DNA of 64,000 nucleotides, taken from contig OZ253580.1 of assembly GCA_965263035.1 (NCBI GenBank), forward strand, positions 3,584,001 through 3,648,000. Direction: 5' to 3'. The stretch's first letter is position 1, and every line of letters begins with the position of its first letter. Below, one piece after another: positions 45,998-56,766 of the stretch. The stretch is from Acidobacteriota bacterium (GTDB lineage Bacteria > Acidobacteriota > UBA6911 > RPQK01 > JAJDTT01). Both the position numbers and the translations under genes were made by a program. The notes under the pieces are model-generated. The model was not told the origin of the DNA. It ran no database searches and worked only from the letters and a program-made list of their open reading frames with translations.

Positions 45998-47473
45998 ATG
46001 AGCTTGCGACTCGGGATTTGGATCGGGCTTATTGCCTGGATCGTCCAAACGGCTCTTTTTTCTGTGTCCGGTCTGCAGGCTGGAACTCGCGCCGACGGTG
46101 GCCGGGTGGTCCAGGTCGGGCCGGAGTATGACCTGGAAGAATTGTTCCTCCACGACGACAGGATCGTGGACCGGACCGAGGGTCTGGTGTTGACTCCGGC
46201 GGCGGTGCGAAGGCATCCGGGGAACCCGATCCTGGTCAAGGATCGACCCTGGGAGGTAGGGATCCTCAATTACACCTGCGTGCTGCAGGACCGGGAAGAG
46301 GGGCTCTTCAAGATGTGGTACCAGATCATACGGCCCAAGCCGGGCGGAGGCGGGAACGAGAGCTGGTGCCTGTACGCCACCTCTCCCGACGGACTGGTCT
46401 GGGAAAAGCCGGATCTGGGAATCGTGGAGCACGACGGTTCCGCCCGCAACAACATCCTCTTCTACGAGCATGAAGGGATCCGCGGAACCCCCTCCTACTG
46501 GGTGGAGAAGGACTATGCCGCCTCCGATCCCTCCCGCCGGTACAAGATGATGTTGCAGCGTTGGGACTTTCGGGGGCGCTCCGCGGCCATGGCCCATTCC
46601 CCCGACGGAATCCATTGGACCAGTCCCCGCTTCGGCAACCGGCTGGGCCCCTTCGATACCCGGAACATCTTCTTCTGGGACGACATCGCCGGAGCCTATG
46701 TGGGTTACTTTCGAAGTCACGTGGGTGGCCGGCGTTCAATTTCCCGGGCGACCAGTCCTGACGGCTACCACTGGTCACGGCCGGTGACCGTGCACACTCC
46801 CGACGAGCGGGATTCGCCCACCTGGCACCTCTACACCCCGGGAATCTTCAAGTACTCGGGGGCGCGTCACACCTACTTCATGCTCACCGCGGGCTTCGAC
46901 GAGGTGTCCCACGCCATGTACGGAGAGCTGGGAGTGAGCCGGGACGGTATCGAGTGGCATCGTTTCCGTCAGCCTTTTCTGGGGACTTCCCGCAAGGGTG
47001 AGTGGGACGGCGGACACGTCATGCCCATTCCCGCCGACGCGTCCATCGGAGACGAGACCGCTCTCTTCTATCAGGGCAGCACCACACCCGCCCACGACTC
47101 TACGGGGAGGCGCGGTATCGGTGTCGCCTTCCTGGATCGAGGCGCCTTCGTGGGCTGGAAGGCAGCTTCCCAAGGGCAGCTTCTCACTCACCGTCTACGG
47201 ATTCGGGACAACCAGAGCCGTTTCTACCTCAACGCCGACGCCGGAGAGGGATCCATTCGGGCCGAGTTGCTGAACGCCTCGGGACAGGTCCTGGAGGGTT
47301 TCTCCCGAGAAGACTGCCAGCCCATCCGGGGACGGGGAAGCCGGCTTCCGGTTCTTTGGACCGGACAGAAGAGGCTGAAGCAGCACCTCCGCCGCGGAAC
47401 GGTTCGGCTCAAGCTCTACCTGGAAAAGGCGACCGTGTATGGCTTCTACTGCCGCCGTCCTCCTCGTCGCTGA
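45998..47473 (+). CDS. Exported GH32/GH130-like five-bladed propeller protein
   Basis: GAGGAGG RBS; signal peptide; RHPGNPIL..DRPWE, FKMWY, YATSPDGLVWEKPDLG, FDTRNIFFWD, SRDGIEW. Confidence 0.75.
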   Translation: MSLRLGIWIGLIAWIVQTALFSVSGLQAGTRADGGRVVQVGPEYDLEELFLHDDRIVDRTEGLVLTPAAVRRHPGNPILVKDRPWEVGILNYTCVLQDREEGLFKMWYQIIRPKPGGGGNESWCLYATSPDGLVWEKPDLGIVEHDGSARNNILFYEHEGIRGTPSYWVEKDYAASDPSRRYKMMLQRWDFRGRSAAMAHSPDGIHWTSPRFGNRLGPFDTRNIFFWDDIAGAYVGYFRSHVGGRRSISRATSPDGYHWSRPVTVHTPDERDSPTWHLYTPGIFKYSGARHTYFMLTAGFDEVSHAMYGELGVSRDGIEWHRFRQPFLGTSRKGEWDGGHVMPIPADASIGDETALFYQGSTTPAHDSTGRRGIGVAFLDRGAFVGWKAASQGQLLTHRLRIRDNQSRFYLNADAGEGSIRAELLNASGQVLEGFSREDCQPIRGRGSRLPVLWTGQKRLKQHLRRGTVRLKLYLEKATVYGFYCRRPPRR

Positions 47474-47536
47474 GGTGCGGGGCAGGGGATAGAGACCGGA
47501 ACCCGGCCGCAGGACCAGCCTGAAAAGGATGGGTTC

Positions 47537-49288
47537 ATGAATCGTTGTCAGAAATACCTCCTGATTTTGTCCACCTTGCTGCTGTCCGGTTTTTCCTGCC
47601 AGGCACCACAGGAAGCTGAGCCGATGCTGCGTCCGGCGCCCAACTGGCCGCCCCGGATCATCTACAACACCGACGGCAACTGGGCCTTCAACTATCTGAC
47701 CACCCGCGATCCCAAGGACCTGACGGTGATTCTGGATGCTCTCCAGGGAACCGCCGTGGACGTCGTCACGGTCCTGGTGGGCATCAACGACGATCTCTCC
47801 TGGCGCGGAAGCCCGCATGGTCAGCTTTGGGGAGACAACATCGAGGATTGGGACCCGGACGACGATACCGCCGCGGCCTCGGTGGGCGGCATGAGCATGT
47901 CCGACGTGGAGCGCCTGCACCAGAATTTGGCCGCGGTGGTCGACGACGGTCACGACCTCTTGAAGATCTACCTCGACCGTGCTCGGGCGCTGAAGCTGGG
48001 AATGTTCGCCTCCTTCCGCATGAACGACGCTCACGTCAATCTCGAGGACCGGGGCTGGTACGGCCGATCCACCCAGAAGCTGGAGAGGACCGACCTGCTC
48101 CTGGGCCATCCGGTCTGGTGGGGAGCCGGGTCCGCCGACAAGTGGAAGTTCTCCTGGCAGTGGAACTACGCCAAGGAGGAGGTGCGAGGCCGCTTTCTGG
48201 GTCTTTTCGAGGAGGTCTTGGACCGCTACGACTTCGACGGACTGGAGTTGGATTTCGGCCGGGGCTATCTCCTGTTTCGAACCGGGGAGCGGTTCAAGAA
48301 CCTCCCGACGCTGACCCAATTCATGCGGAACGCCAGAGAAATCGTGAGGAGGAAGCAGTTGGAAAAGGGCCGGGAGATCAAGCTCGTCACTCGTGTTCCC
48401 GTCAGCATCGACGCCGCTCTGGAGTTGGGTTTCGATCTCGAGACCTGGATCCGGGAAGGGCTCGTGGATGCGGTGATCCTGGGCTCTCCTTCCTATTGCA
48501 TGCAGCGCATCGACGTCGAAAGGGCTGTCAAGGCCGCTTCCGAGAGTGGGGTTCTGGTCTACACCGGATTCGATTCCTCGACCCACGCGACCTCGCCCCA
48601 GGGGGGGTACGAGCGGAATCCCGTCACGGTATTGAGGGCATCGGCGTTGAACGGATATAAACAGGGTGCCGCCGGGGTCCATCTTTTCAACTACGACTAT
48701 CGAGGTCATCGCCAGCGGCCCGTTCCGGAAGGCACCGAGGTGGTGGCCAAGCCGGCGGGCACCGGCATGAGGGGCTATTTCACGGCATCGGATCTTCAGG
48801 ACCTGAAAGACTTGGGGGACGCACTGGCTTTGGAGCGGTTGGACCGCTGCTACTATGCCGAGACTCGCGCCATGAACTTCCCGGGGGACTATCCGCCGCA
48901 GGTGCCGCAGCAATTGTCTCTGGTGGGCCGCGGTGCCGGGCCGGCCCATGCCATTCGGATCCGGGTGGATGATGACATCGCCGCGGGCCTGACCGACGGC
49001 AGAATCCGGAAAACCGAGTTGCGGCTGCGTCTGACCCACGTGGAGAAGTCTTTCGGGCGTGTCCGCTGCGAACTCAACGGGAAACAAGTCGATCTGTCCT
49101 CCGCCGGACGAATCCGGAACCAGAAGGGAGAAGAGTGGCTGGTAGTGGAGAACCCGCCGGTCCGAGGGGGAGTCAACACCGTCCTCGTGGTCCTGGAAGG
49201 GACGAAGACCCCGGCGGAGCACACCGGTCGGCACGCGCCCTGGCCCACGCTCGAGAGCTGCGAGATCATCATCAAGACGGAGTCGTGA
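47537..49288 (+). CDS. Lipoprotein, glycoside hydrolase-like TIM barrel (GHL10-like)
   Basis: Lipobox SGFSC; RIIYNTDG, FASFRMNDAH, NYAKEEVR, YDFDGLELDF, GVHLFNY. Confidence 0.75.
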   Translation: MNRCQKYLLILSTLLLSGFSCQAPQEAEPMLRPAPNWPPRIIYNTDGNWAFNYLTTRDPKDLTVILDALQGTAVDVVTVLVGINDDLSWRGSPHGQLWGDNIEDWDPDDDTAAASVGGMSMSDVERLHQNLAAVVDDGHDLLKIYLDRARALKLGMFASFRMNDAHVNLEDRGWYGRSTQKLERTDLLLGHPVWWGAGSADKWKFSWQWNYAKEEVRGRFLGLFEEVLDRYDFDGLELDFGRGYLLFRTGERFKNLPTLTQFMRNAREIVRRKQLEKGREIKLVTRVPVSIDAALELGFDLETWIREGLVDAVILGSPSYCMQRIDVERAVKAASESGVLVYTGFDSSTHATSPQGGYERNPVTVLRASALNGYKQGAAGVHLFNYDYRGHRQRPVPEGTEVVAKPAGTGMRGYFTASDLQDLKDLGDALALERLDRCYYAETRAMNFPGDYPPQVPQQLSLVGRGAGPAHAIRIRVDDDIAAGLTDGRIRKTELRLRLTHVEKSFGRVRCELNGKQVDLSSAGRIRNQKGEEWLVVENPPVRGGVNTVLVVLEGTKTPAEHTGRHAPWPTLESCEIIIKTES

Positions 49289-49313
49289 CCTGCGCCACGC
49301 CACGCTTGGTATC

Positions 49314-50882
49314 TTGACGGTCGTTCTGGGAGTCGGGTCTTCCGGATCCGTGCTTCCCGGAACGCCGTCGCCGGAAGACCCGCCCCCGGCACTGCTGGAC
49401 CGGCCCGTGTGTCCGGACATCGGTTCCCGGTTGGAGATCTTCGTCGACTACTTCCTGGTCGATCGGCTGCAGGGAGTGCGCCTCAAGCTGCATCATCCCC
49501 GGCCGGCGGAGGTCGTGATTCGGAAGGACCGCCCTTGGGAGGGCGAGCACGGTTTCGGCCAGGACGTGATCCGGGACGGTGATCGGTACCTGATGTACTA
49601 CTTTTCGGACGGTCGCATGAGTTACGCGGAGAGCCGGGACGGCGTCCAATGGACCAAGCCGTCGCTGGGCCTCATCGAAGTCGACGGTAGCCGTGAGAAC
49701 AATCTGGTGGGGACGGCGGACGGCCAGGAACTCTACGAGCACAAGACCGAACCCTCCGCCCGCTTCTTCCTGGACCGGAGACCGGGTGTGCCCGCCGGGG
49801 AGCGGTTCAAGGCCCTGAAGTTGAACGAGGGAGGACGGGCCCATCCCACGCCGGAGGACGAGGCCCGGAAGTTCACGTTGGACGACCGAGGACTCTGGCT
49901 GGGCAGCCCCACCGACGTGATTGCCTTCGTTTCCGGCGACGGCAAGGCTTGGACCAGGCTCCGGGACGAGCCGATTCTGAGGGACAGCACCTACGGGAAG
50001 TTCGACGGCGACTACTCGCTGTTCTGGTCGGAGTCCGAGAACCGGTACCTGATCTACACCCGCTTCTACACCTCGCCGACTCGCCCGGCCGGAAGGCGAT
50101 CCATCGGACGGCTCACCTCTCCCGACCGGTTCGACTGGTCCCGGTTGGAGCCCATGACCTTCGGCGGCGAGGGCGCCATTCCCGAGAATCAGCTCTATAT
50201 CAACAAGACCCAGCCCTACTACCGGGCTCCCCACATCTATCTCGCCTTTCCCGCGCGTCTGATGGAGGGACGGCAAGCCCTCAGCGACGAACAAGTCCGA
50301 GCGGCGGCCCGCCAGGAAGGAATCCCGGTGGAACGCTGGCAGGACTGTTCGGAAACGGTCCTCATGAGCACCCGCGGAGGGACCCGGTACGACACCACCT
50401 TTCGCGAGGGCTTCATCCGACCGGGCAGGGGAGCGCTGAACTGGAAGACCCGGACCACCTACGCGCTCCAGGGCGTCGTTCCCACCGGCATAGAGGAGAT
50501 GTCCATCTACGTCACCCGGGCGGCCGGAACGCCCTCCTGGCACGTCCGCCGGTATGTCCTGCGGGTGGACGGGTTCGCGTCGGTGAACGCCCCCTACTCG
50601 GGCGGGGAGATGGTCACAAGGCTCTTCACCTTCTCGGGACGGGAACTGGTCCTGAACTATTCCACGTCGGCGGCGGGGAGCGTCCGGGTCAAAATCCAGG
50701 ATGCCGCGGGAAAGCCGGTTCCCGGCTACGCCCTGACCGACTCCATCGAGATCATCGGGGACCAGATCGAACGGGTCGTGTCCTGGACCGGAGGCAGCGA
50801 CGTCTCCTCTCTGGAGGGCCGGCCGGTCCGGCTCCGGTTCGCCATGAAGGATGCCGATCTCTATTCGTTACGCTTTCGGTAG
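49314..50882 (+). CDS. GH32/GH130-like five-bladed propeller protein
   Basis: RLEIFVDYFL, DRPWEG, YAESRDGVQWTKPSLG, FDGDYSLFW, YYRAPHIY, LRVDGFASV, LNYSTSAAG, DADLYSLRF; start uncertain. Confidence 0.75.
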   Translation: MTVVLGVGSSGSVLPGTPSPEDPPPALLDRPVCPDIGSRLEIFVDYFLVDRLQGVRLKLHHPRPAEVVIRKDRPWEGEHGFGQDVIRDGDRYLMYYFSDGRMSYAESRDGVQWTKPSLGLIEVDGSRENNLVGTADGQELYEHKTEPSARFFLDRRPGVPAGERFKALKLNEGGRAHPTPEDEARKFTLDDRGLWLGSPTDVIAFVSGDGKAWTRLRDEPILRDSTYGKFDGDYSLFWSESENRYLIYTRFYTSPTRPAGRRSIGRLTSPDRFDWSRLEPMTFGGEGAIPENQLYINKTQPYYRAPHIYLAFPARLMEGRQALSDEQVRAAARQEGIPVERWQDCSETVLMSTRGGTRYDTTFREGFIRPGRGALNWKTRTTYALQGVVPTGIEEMSIYVTRAAGTPSWHVRRYVLRVDGFASVNAPYSGGEMVTRLFTFSGRELVLNYSTSAAGSVRVKIQDAAGKPVPGYALTDSIEIIGDQIERVVSWTGGSDVSSLEGRPVRLRFAMKDADLYSLRFR

Positions 50883-50930
50883 GACGAACCGGTCCTCCGG
50901 AGCGAGTCGGAGCGGCCCCTCGCTCCGCCG

Positions 50931-52466
50931 TCACAGGGGAGGTTCGGAGACGCCGTAGAACGCTCGCAGGCGCTTGAGTTCGGCCTGCAGCTCGGCGCTG
51001 ATTCGTTCCGTCCCTTCTTGCCCGTAAAGGCTCTGCAGTTCCTGCGGGTCCTGCTCCAGGTCGAACAGCTCCCACTCGCCGCTCTCGTAGAAGCGGATCA
51101 ATTTGTGACGCTCGGTCCGCACCCCCTCATGCGCCGGGACGCCGTGAGCCAACTGGCTCTCGTAGTAGTGGTAGTAGAAGGACCGGCGCCAATCCCGGGG
51201 CGTCGCGCCCTTGAGGATGGGAACCAGGCTGCGGCCCTGCATCCGGGGAGGGGTCCGGACGCCGGCGATCTCCAGAAAGGTGGCGGCATAGTCCAGGTTC
51301 GAGACCAGGTCGCGGCTGGCGGAGCCGGGCTCGACCACGCCGGGCCACCGGATCACGAGTGGGGTTCGCAGCGATTCCCGGTACATCCAGCGCTTGTCGA
51401 ACCAGCCGTGCTCCCCCAGATAGAAGCCCTGGTCGGAGCTGTAGACCACGATGGTGTCCCGGGACAGACCGGTGGCGTCCAGGTAACGGAGCAGGCGCCC
51501 GACGTTGTCGTCGACGGAAGCGATGCAACGCAAATAGTCCTTGATGTAGCGTTGGTACTTCCAACGGAGGAGTTCCTTTCCCTTCAGATCGGCCGCCTGA
51601 AAGGCCTTGTTCTTGGGTTCGTAAATGGCATCCCAGACGGCTTTCTGCTCCGGATTCATCCTGCCGTAGGTTCGGCTCCACCGGATCATGAACGGGTCGT
51701 CCTCGGCCGTGCCCGGAAGCGGCCGGAACTTCAGATCGTGGGCGGTCAGGTGTCGCCCGATCTCCATCCGGTTCCTGGACGCCGGCGATGCCCGTCCGGC
51801 GTAGTCGTCGAACAGAGTCGGCGGCTCCCGCATCTGCTCGCCGTCGTACAGCGTCAGGTGCTCCGGTCCGGGCATCCAGTGGCGGTGCGGCGCCTTGTGC
51901 TGGCTCATGAGCAGGAAGGGCTGGTCCGGGTTCCGGTTCCGGAGCCACTCCAGCGAGAGATCCGTGATGAGGTCCGTGGTGTAACCGGTATGCCGGCGGC
52001 GCGTGTCGTTGGGGCCGACCCGCATGTCCGGGTTGTAATAGGAGCCCTGTCCCGGCAGCACTTCCCAATCGTCGAAGCCGGTGGGCGCCGACTTCAGATG
52101 CCACTTCCCGAAGATGGCCGTCTGGTACCCGGCCTCCTGCAACAGCTTGGGAAAGGTCTGTTGCGAGCCGTCGAACGGCAGGCGGTTGTCCAGGACGCCG
52201 TTGAGGTGGCTGTACTTGCCGGTGAGGATCACGGCCCGGCTGGGGGCGCAGATGGAATTCGTGACCAGCGCCCGGTCGAACCGCATTCCCTCGCGGGCGA
52301 TCCGGTCGATGTTGGGGGTCCGGTTGACCCTCGAGCCGTAGGCGCCGACGGCCTGGTAGGCGTGGTCGTCGGTGAGGATGAAGAGGATGTTGGGTGGTTG
52401 GGCCGGGGCTGGCCGGTACCATGCCAACAGCAGCAACAGCGGCGTCGAAGCAGCGATCAGGCGCAT
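50931..52466 (-). CDS. Formylglycine-dependent (S1) sulfatase, exported
   Basis: [24 protein letters not shown] (CxPxR), [22 protein letters not shown]. Confidence 0.95.
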   Translation of the reverse strand: MRLIAASTPLLLLLAWYRPAPAQPPNILFILTDDHAYQAVGAYGSRVNRTPNIDRIAREGMRFDRALVTNSICAPSRAVILTGKYSHLNGVLDNRLPFDGSQQTFPKLLQEAGYQTAIFGKWHLKSAPTGFDDWEVLPGQGSYYNPDMRVGPNDTRRRHTGYTTDLITDLSLEWLRNRNPDQPFLLMSQHKAPHRHWMPGPEHLTLYDGEQMREPPTLFDDYAGRASPASRNRMEIGRHLTAHDLKFRPLPGTAEDDPFMIRWSRTYGRMNPEQKAVWDAIYEPKNKAFQAADLKGKELLRWKYQRYIKDYLRCIASVDDNVGRLLRYLDATGLSRDTIVVYSSDQGFYLGEHGWFDKRWMYRESLRTPLVIRWPGVVEPGSASRDLVSNLDYAATFLEIAGVRTPPRMQGRSLVPILKGATPRDWRRSFYYHYYESQLAHGVPAHEGVRTERHKLIRFYESGEWELFDLEQDPQELQSLYGQEGTERISAELQAELKRLRAFYGVSEPPL

Positions 52467-52528
52467 CCCCGGGAATTCTACTACCGGCGCCGGGCGTCAC
52501 GCACCCATGGGCGTTCTCAGAGGTTTAC

Positions 52529-52564
52529 ATACCTAGAACTACAATGCATTATTGTTCTATGTAT
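52529..52564. promoter_or_regulatory. 36-bp imperfect palindrome, putative PadR operator
   Basis: ATACCTAGAACTACAATG | CATTATTGTTCTATGTAT, 15/18 symmetric positions, AT-rich, 44 bp upstream of the PadR gene. Confidence 0.75.
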
Positions 52565-52608
52565 CGATCCATGAACCCTGTCGCCGCCGTCGTGGGAGAT
52601 GGGAAGAC

Positions 52609-52977
52609 ATGAACTTCGGCAAGGATCTGGTGGCGGCTTCGGCGACGCCGCTGGTGCTGGCGATTCTATCCGAGGAGGACAACTATGGTTACGCGATCCT
52701 GAAACGCGTCCGCGAACTCTCCGGGGGCCGGTTGCAGTGGACGGACGGCATGCTCTATCCGGTGCTGCACCGGCTGGATCGGCTCGGATATGTCGAGACC
52801 CGGTGGGAGACTTCCCGGAGCGGCCGCAAGCGAAAATACTATCGGATCAGCCGCCGGGGACAGGAGCAACTGGAGGTTCAGCGTCGGCAGTGGCAGGTGG
52901 TGGACGCCACTCTCCGGGCCGTCTGGTTCGAGAGGTGCCCGGTGGCGCATGGGCAGCCGCTGATGCAGGAGGGCTGA
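52609..52977 (+). CDS. PadR family transcriptional regulator
   Basis: LVLAILSEEDNYGYAI, GMLYPVLHRL, GRKRKYYRI. Confidence 0.93.
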   Translation: MNFGKDLVAASATPLVLAILSEEDNYGYAILKRVRELSGGRLQWTDGMLYPVLHRLDRLGYVETRWETSRSGRKRKYYRISRRGQEQLEVQRRQWQVVDATLRAVWFERCPVAHGQPLMQEG

Positions 52978-52982
52978 AGCGA

Positions 52983-54359
52983 ATGGGCGCATCCGGGGGA
53001 CGACAGGAGACTCTGGAGGGACAGATTGCGGAGTGGCGGGCTTACCTGCGCCGTCGCCGGGCAATATTCGCCCCTGACGTGGAAGAGCTGGAAATTCACC
53101 TGCGGGAACAGGTGAAGGAACTGGTCGACGCCGGCCTGGCGCCGAACGAAGCCTTTCTGGTGGGAGTCAAGCGGATGGGCAGCCTGGACGCTCTCTCTCG
53201 CGAGTTCGCGCGGGAGCATTCGGAGCGTCTGTGGAAACAACTGGTCTTGGTTACCGACGAGGACGGCGAGCCGGGCCGGACGGCACCTGTCGAGACGGCT
53301 GTGGTCATCTGTCTGGCCGCCGCCGCCGCGCTGGCCGTCAAGGTTCCCGAGTTGTTCGGCTACTCCCACATCGGCTCCGACGACGGATTCTATCCCCGGA
53401 ACGTCAGCCTCCTGGTTCTGCCTCTGCTCACCGGCTACTTCGTCTGGAAACGGCGTACTCTCGGTTTCCGCTGTCTCTGGTTGGCACTCCCGTTCGTTGT
53501 GGCTGCCCTCTTCGTGAACCTTTTCCCCTTCACGCCGCGCGGCCACACCGCGTTGCTCGCGGTGCTTCACCTGCCGATCGCGCTCTGGCTGGCGGTGGGA
53601 GTCGCCTACGCCGGCGGGCGCTGGCACAGCGGGGGCGGGCGCATGGACTTCATCCGTTTCTCCGGGGAGTTGTTCATCTACTACGTGCTGATCGCTCTGG
53701 GCGGCGGGGTGCTGACGGGCTTCACCCGGGTCATGTTCAGCGCCATCGGCCTGGACGTGGATTGGCTGGCGGTGGAATGGCTGCTGCCCTGCGGCGCAGC
53801 GGGGGCCGTCATCATCGGGGCATGGCTGGTGGAGGCCAAGCAGAGCGTCGTCGAAAACATGGCGCCCGTCCTGACCCGTCTGTTCACCCCCCTGTTCACC
53901 GTGGTTCTACTGGCCTTTCTGGCGACCATGGTCTGGACCCGCAGCGGCATCGACGTGAAGCGGGAAGTGCTCATTGGATTCGACCTGCTGTTGGCGCTGG
54001 TCCTGGGATTGCTGCTCTACGCCGTGTCGGCGCGCGACCCGAAGTTGCCGCCGGATGCCTTCGACGTGCTGCAGTTCGTGCTGGTGGTCAGCGCTCTGGT
54101 CGTCGACCTTCTGGCTCTAGCCGCCATCGGAACGCGTATCTCCGAGTTCGGATTCAGCCCCAACCGGGTGGCGGCGCTGGGCGAGAACCTGATCCTTCTG
54201 GTCAATCTGGCGTGGTCGGCCTGGCTCTACGCCCGCTTCCTGCTGAACCGCGGCTCCTTCATCGCCCTGGAGCGCTGGCAGACCATGTATCTGCCGGTCT
54301 ATGCCGTGTGGGCCGGGTTCGTGGTCGTCGGCTTTCCACCCCTTTTCGACTACGTCTGA
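52983..54359 (+). CDS. Membrane protein with permease prefix domain 1
   Basis: DVEELEIHLREQ...GLAPNEAFLVGVKRMG N-terminal domain typical of PadR partners; many TM helices. Confidence 0.85.
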   Translation: MGASGGRQETLEGQIAEWRAYLRRRRAIFAPDVEELEIHLREQVKELVDAGLAPNEAFLVGVKRMGSLDALSREFAREHSERLWKQLVLVTDEDGEPGRTAPVETAVVICLAAAAALAVKVPELFGYSHIGSDDGFYPRNVSLLVLPLLTGYFVWKRRTLGFRCLWLALPFVVAALFVNLFPFTPRGHTALLAVLHLPIALWLAVGVAYAGGRWHSGGGRMDFIRFSGELFIYYVLIALGGGVLTGFTRVMFSAIGLDVDWLAVEWLLPCGAAGAVIIGAWLVEAKQSVVENMAPVLTRLFTPLFTVVLLAFLATMVWTRSGIDVKREVLIGFDLLLALVLGLLLYAVSARDPKLPPDAFDVLQFVLVVSALVVDLLALAAIGTRISEFGFSPNRVAALGENLILLVNLAWSAWLYARFLLNRGSFIALERWQTMYLPVYAVWAGFVVVGFPPLFDYV

Positions 54360-54452
54360 AGAGAACCAGGAATCAGGAGTTGAAGAGTAGTTGGAGTCGG
54401 GCCAGGGGCAGTACGGTCCGTCTCCCCGGATTCGGCGGATCTATCTCCTCCG

Positions 54453-55775
54453 TCACTCGATGACCGGGCCGTCGTTGCGCCACCAGCGGAATTCGTTGCT
54501 TCCGATCTCGGCGACGGCGGCCACGTCCAGATCCCCGTCGCCATCCAGATCGGCCAGAATGACCATGTTGGCGCGAGGCCAGGAGGTTTTCAGGGAGTGG
54601 GCCGACCATGGCGACCGCGGGTCGCCGGGATTCTCAAGCCAGAGCACCTGTCCGGCCGAGCCCCACGCCGTAACCGCCACGTCCGGGTCGCCGTCGCCGT
54701 CCAGATCACCGGCCACCGCCTCGAAGGCGCTTGGAAGCGATTCCAGGATGGTGTGGCGGGGCCACGGGCCGTCTCCAGGTGTGCCGTCGTTTTCGTACCA
54801 GACGACTCCCGAATGGTCTTCACCGCCGCCGTTCGCTCCCATGCCCAGGGCCAGAACCAGATCCGGGTCGCCGTCGCGATCCATGTCTACCGGATTCCCG
54901 TGCATGGCACGGGGCGCGCTGGAGTCGATGAGATGCCGCTTCCAGGGCCGGGAGAGTGGATCGCCGCTGTTCTCGTACCAGAGGACCAGCCCATCGCCGG
55001 CTGCCGTTCCCATCAGGTCCTCGTCACCGTCTCCATCCACGTCGGCCACCCGGATACATCGAGTCTCCGCCACGTTCGCGTCAATCAAGTGTTTGGGCCA
55101 CTCCCGCCCCTCTTCATAGCAGAGCTGGGTCGGTGGACCGACGCACTCGGTTCCCGGGTTTTCGAACCAGGCGAACTGGTTCCCCATCCTCCAGGAGGAG
55201 GCGGCCACGTCCGGGTCGCCGTCGCCGTCCAGGTCCGAGATCGCGACGCTGTAGGCTCCGGCCAGGTTGGTGGTGATGACGTGCCGCTTCCAGAGTTCCC
55301 GGCTCTCCGGATTCCCAGGGTTCTGGAACCAGAGAAGGTGGCCGTAAAGATTCTTGACGATCACCACGTCCGGGTGGGTATCAAGGTTGACGTCGCCTAC
55401 CATGTGGCGCTCCAGCCGCTCCGGATCGTCCTTCTGGATGAAGCGGCGCCTGAAGGTCCCCGACCCGTCATTCTCGAACCAGTAGAGGTCGTTGGCGGGA
55501 GTGTAATCGGCACTGGTCAGGTCCAGATCGCCGTCCTTGTCCAGGTCGGCGGCCCAGATGCCGTAGGGATAGGCATAGCCCTCCATGATCAGGTGCTCGG
55601 TAAAGCGAACCGGACCCGGATCCGGAGAGGAGGTGTCAACCGGGACGCCGCCTTTGGAAACATCGTCCGGCTGGCAGGCCGCCAGGACGCCGGACAAGAG
55701 CAGCAGGCATCCAAGCCGGCGCCGGCTCCTGGCGCCGGTCCTTGGAACTCGAATCGAAATCGGGACGAATCTCAC
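54453..55775 (-). CDS. FG-GAP/VCBS repeat lipoprotein
   Basis: Repeated DLDGDGDxD and W(F/Y)EN.G units; lipobox VLAAC. Confidence 0.88.
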   Translation of the reverse strand: MRFVPISIRVPRTGARSRRRLGCLLLLSGVLAACQPDDVSKGGVPVDTSSPDPGPVRFTEHLIMEGYAYPYGIWAADLDKDGDLDLTSADYTPANDLYWFENDGSGTFRRRFIQKDDPERLERHMVGDVNLDTHPDVVIVKNLYGHLLWFQNPGNPESRELWKRHVITTNLAGAYSVAISDLDGDGDPDVAASSWRMGNQFAWFENPGTECVGPPTQLCYEEGREWPKHLIDANVAETRCIRVADVDGDGDEDLMGTAAGDGLVLWYENSGDPLSRPWKRHLIDSSAPRAMHGNPVDMDRDGDPDLVLALGMGANGGGEDHSGVVWYENDGTPGDGPWPRHTILESLPSAFEAVAGDLDGDGDPDVAVTAWGSAGQVLWLENPGDPRSPWSAHSLKTSWPRANMVILADLDGDGDLDVAAVAEIGSNEFRWWRNDGPVIE

Positions 55776-56234
55776 TGTGTGGTCTCCCAGGATGGTCCGT
55801 GGAGACGATCGCCACGGGCGGTCTGGTCAGGATAGCGCCCGGTCTCGGCAATACCAAGTTCAAGGGGCGAGACGGCAGGGTGGTGAATCCCGACCGGCGG
55901 GTCCCGTCTCTCCTGGCGCCGGGTACCAGCGTGTGACAACATGAGCGAAGCGCGAGTTGCGGTGTTCCCCTGCTGGATTCGGGTGGCTGTCTCATGGGCA
56001 GTCGCCGGGTCGGCGGCAAGCGTCCGTTGACCCGAGGATTTTGCGGGGGAGACAAACTGGCTTTCCTTCGAATGACCGCCATAAATTGCAGCGAGCCGGC
56101 CACATGGGAATAGGCTGGGCCAAGCACTTGGGGCCAATTGAGATCTGGGAACGGCTTTGCTATGATGCCGTGCGATTGCGATATTCTCAGGGCAGAATTC
56201 AGAATCCGGCCCAAATATTCAAGGAGTCCATTTG

Positions 56235-56573
56235 ATGGAAGTTCACACGGAGAGGGAAGACGGCGCCTTGATCGCTCGGGCGGTAGGCCGTATCGATGGC
56301 GCCAACGCGCGTGAATTCGAGAATGCCCTTCAAGCGACGCTCGGCAAGCATGATAGTGCGTTGATCCTGGATATGCAGTCTCTCTCCTACATCAGTAGCG
56401 CGGGCCTTCGCGTCATTCTAATGGCTGCAAAGGTGCTCCAGAGGCGGGGCGGGAAATTCGTGGTCTGTTCACTCTCGGATTCTATAAACGAGGTCTTTGA
56501 GATCAGTGGCTTCAACCGGATCATCCCGACCCACGCGACCCGTTCCGAAGCGGTCGCCGCTCTCGCCGAGTAG
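56235..56573 (+). CDS. STAS-domain anti-sigma factor antagonist (RsbV/SpoIIAA-like)
   Basis: GRIDGANA, LILDMQSLSYISSAGLRVIL (phospho-Ser), VFEISGF; AAGGAG RBS. Confidence 0.93.
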   Translation: MEVHTEREDGALIARAVGRIDGANAREFENALQATLGKHDSALILDMQSLSYISSAGLRVILMAAKVLQRRGGKFVVCSLSDSINEVFEISGFNRIIPTHATRSEAVAALAE

Positions 56574-56766
56574 GAAGCTCCTGCGTACCCTTGATTTCGG
56601 AGACGCATCCGTCGGACAAGTGGCGACAAATTTGAAAAACGGGGATAACTGCCCCCCAATGGTGCCCCTGCCGGGATTTCGCCGCAGTTGCGGCCGCCGG
56701 CTCCCGACGCGGGGTATGGATGATCGGCAAGAGTAGGCGTACGGCGAAGGCTACGGGAGATCTGAC

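Noticed and set aside
55780-56230. 450-bp intergenic region with hairpins (e.g. GAGACGG...CCGTCTC) as a riboswitch or ncRNA
   Set aside because: No recognisable aptamer consensus; short stems are expected at this GC content. An Rfam scan would settle it.
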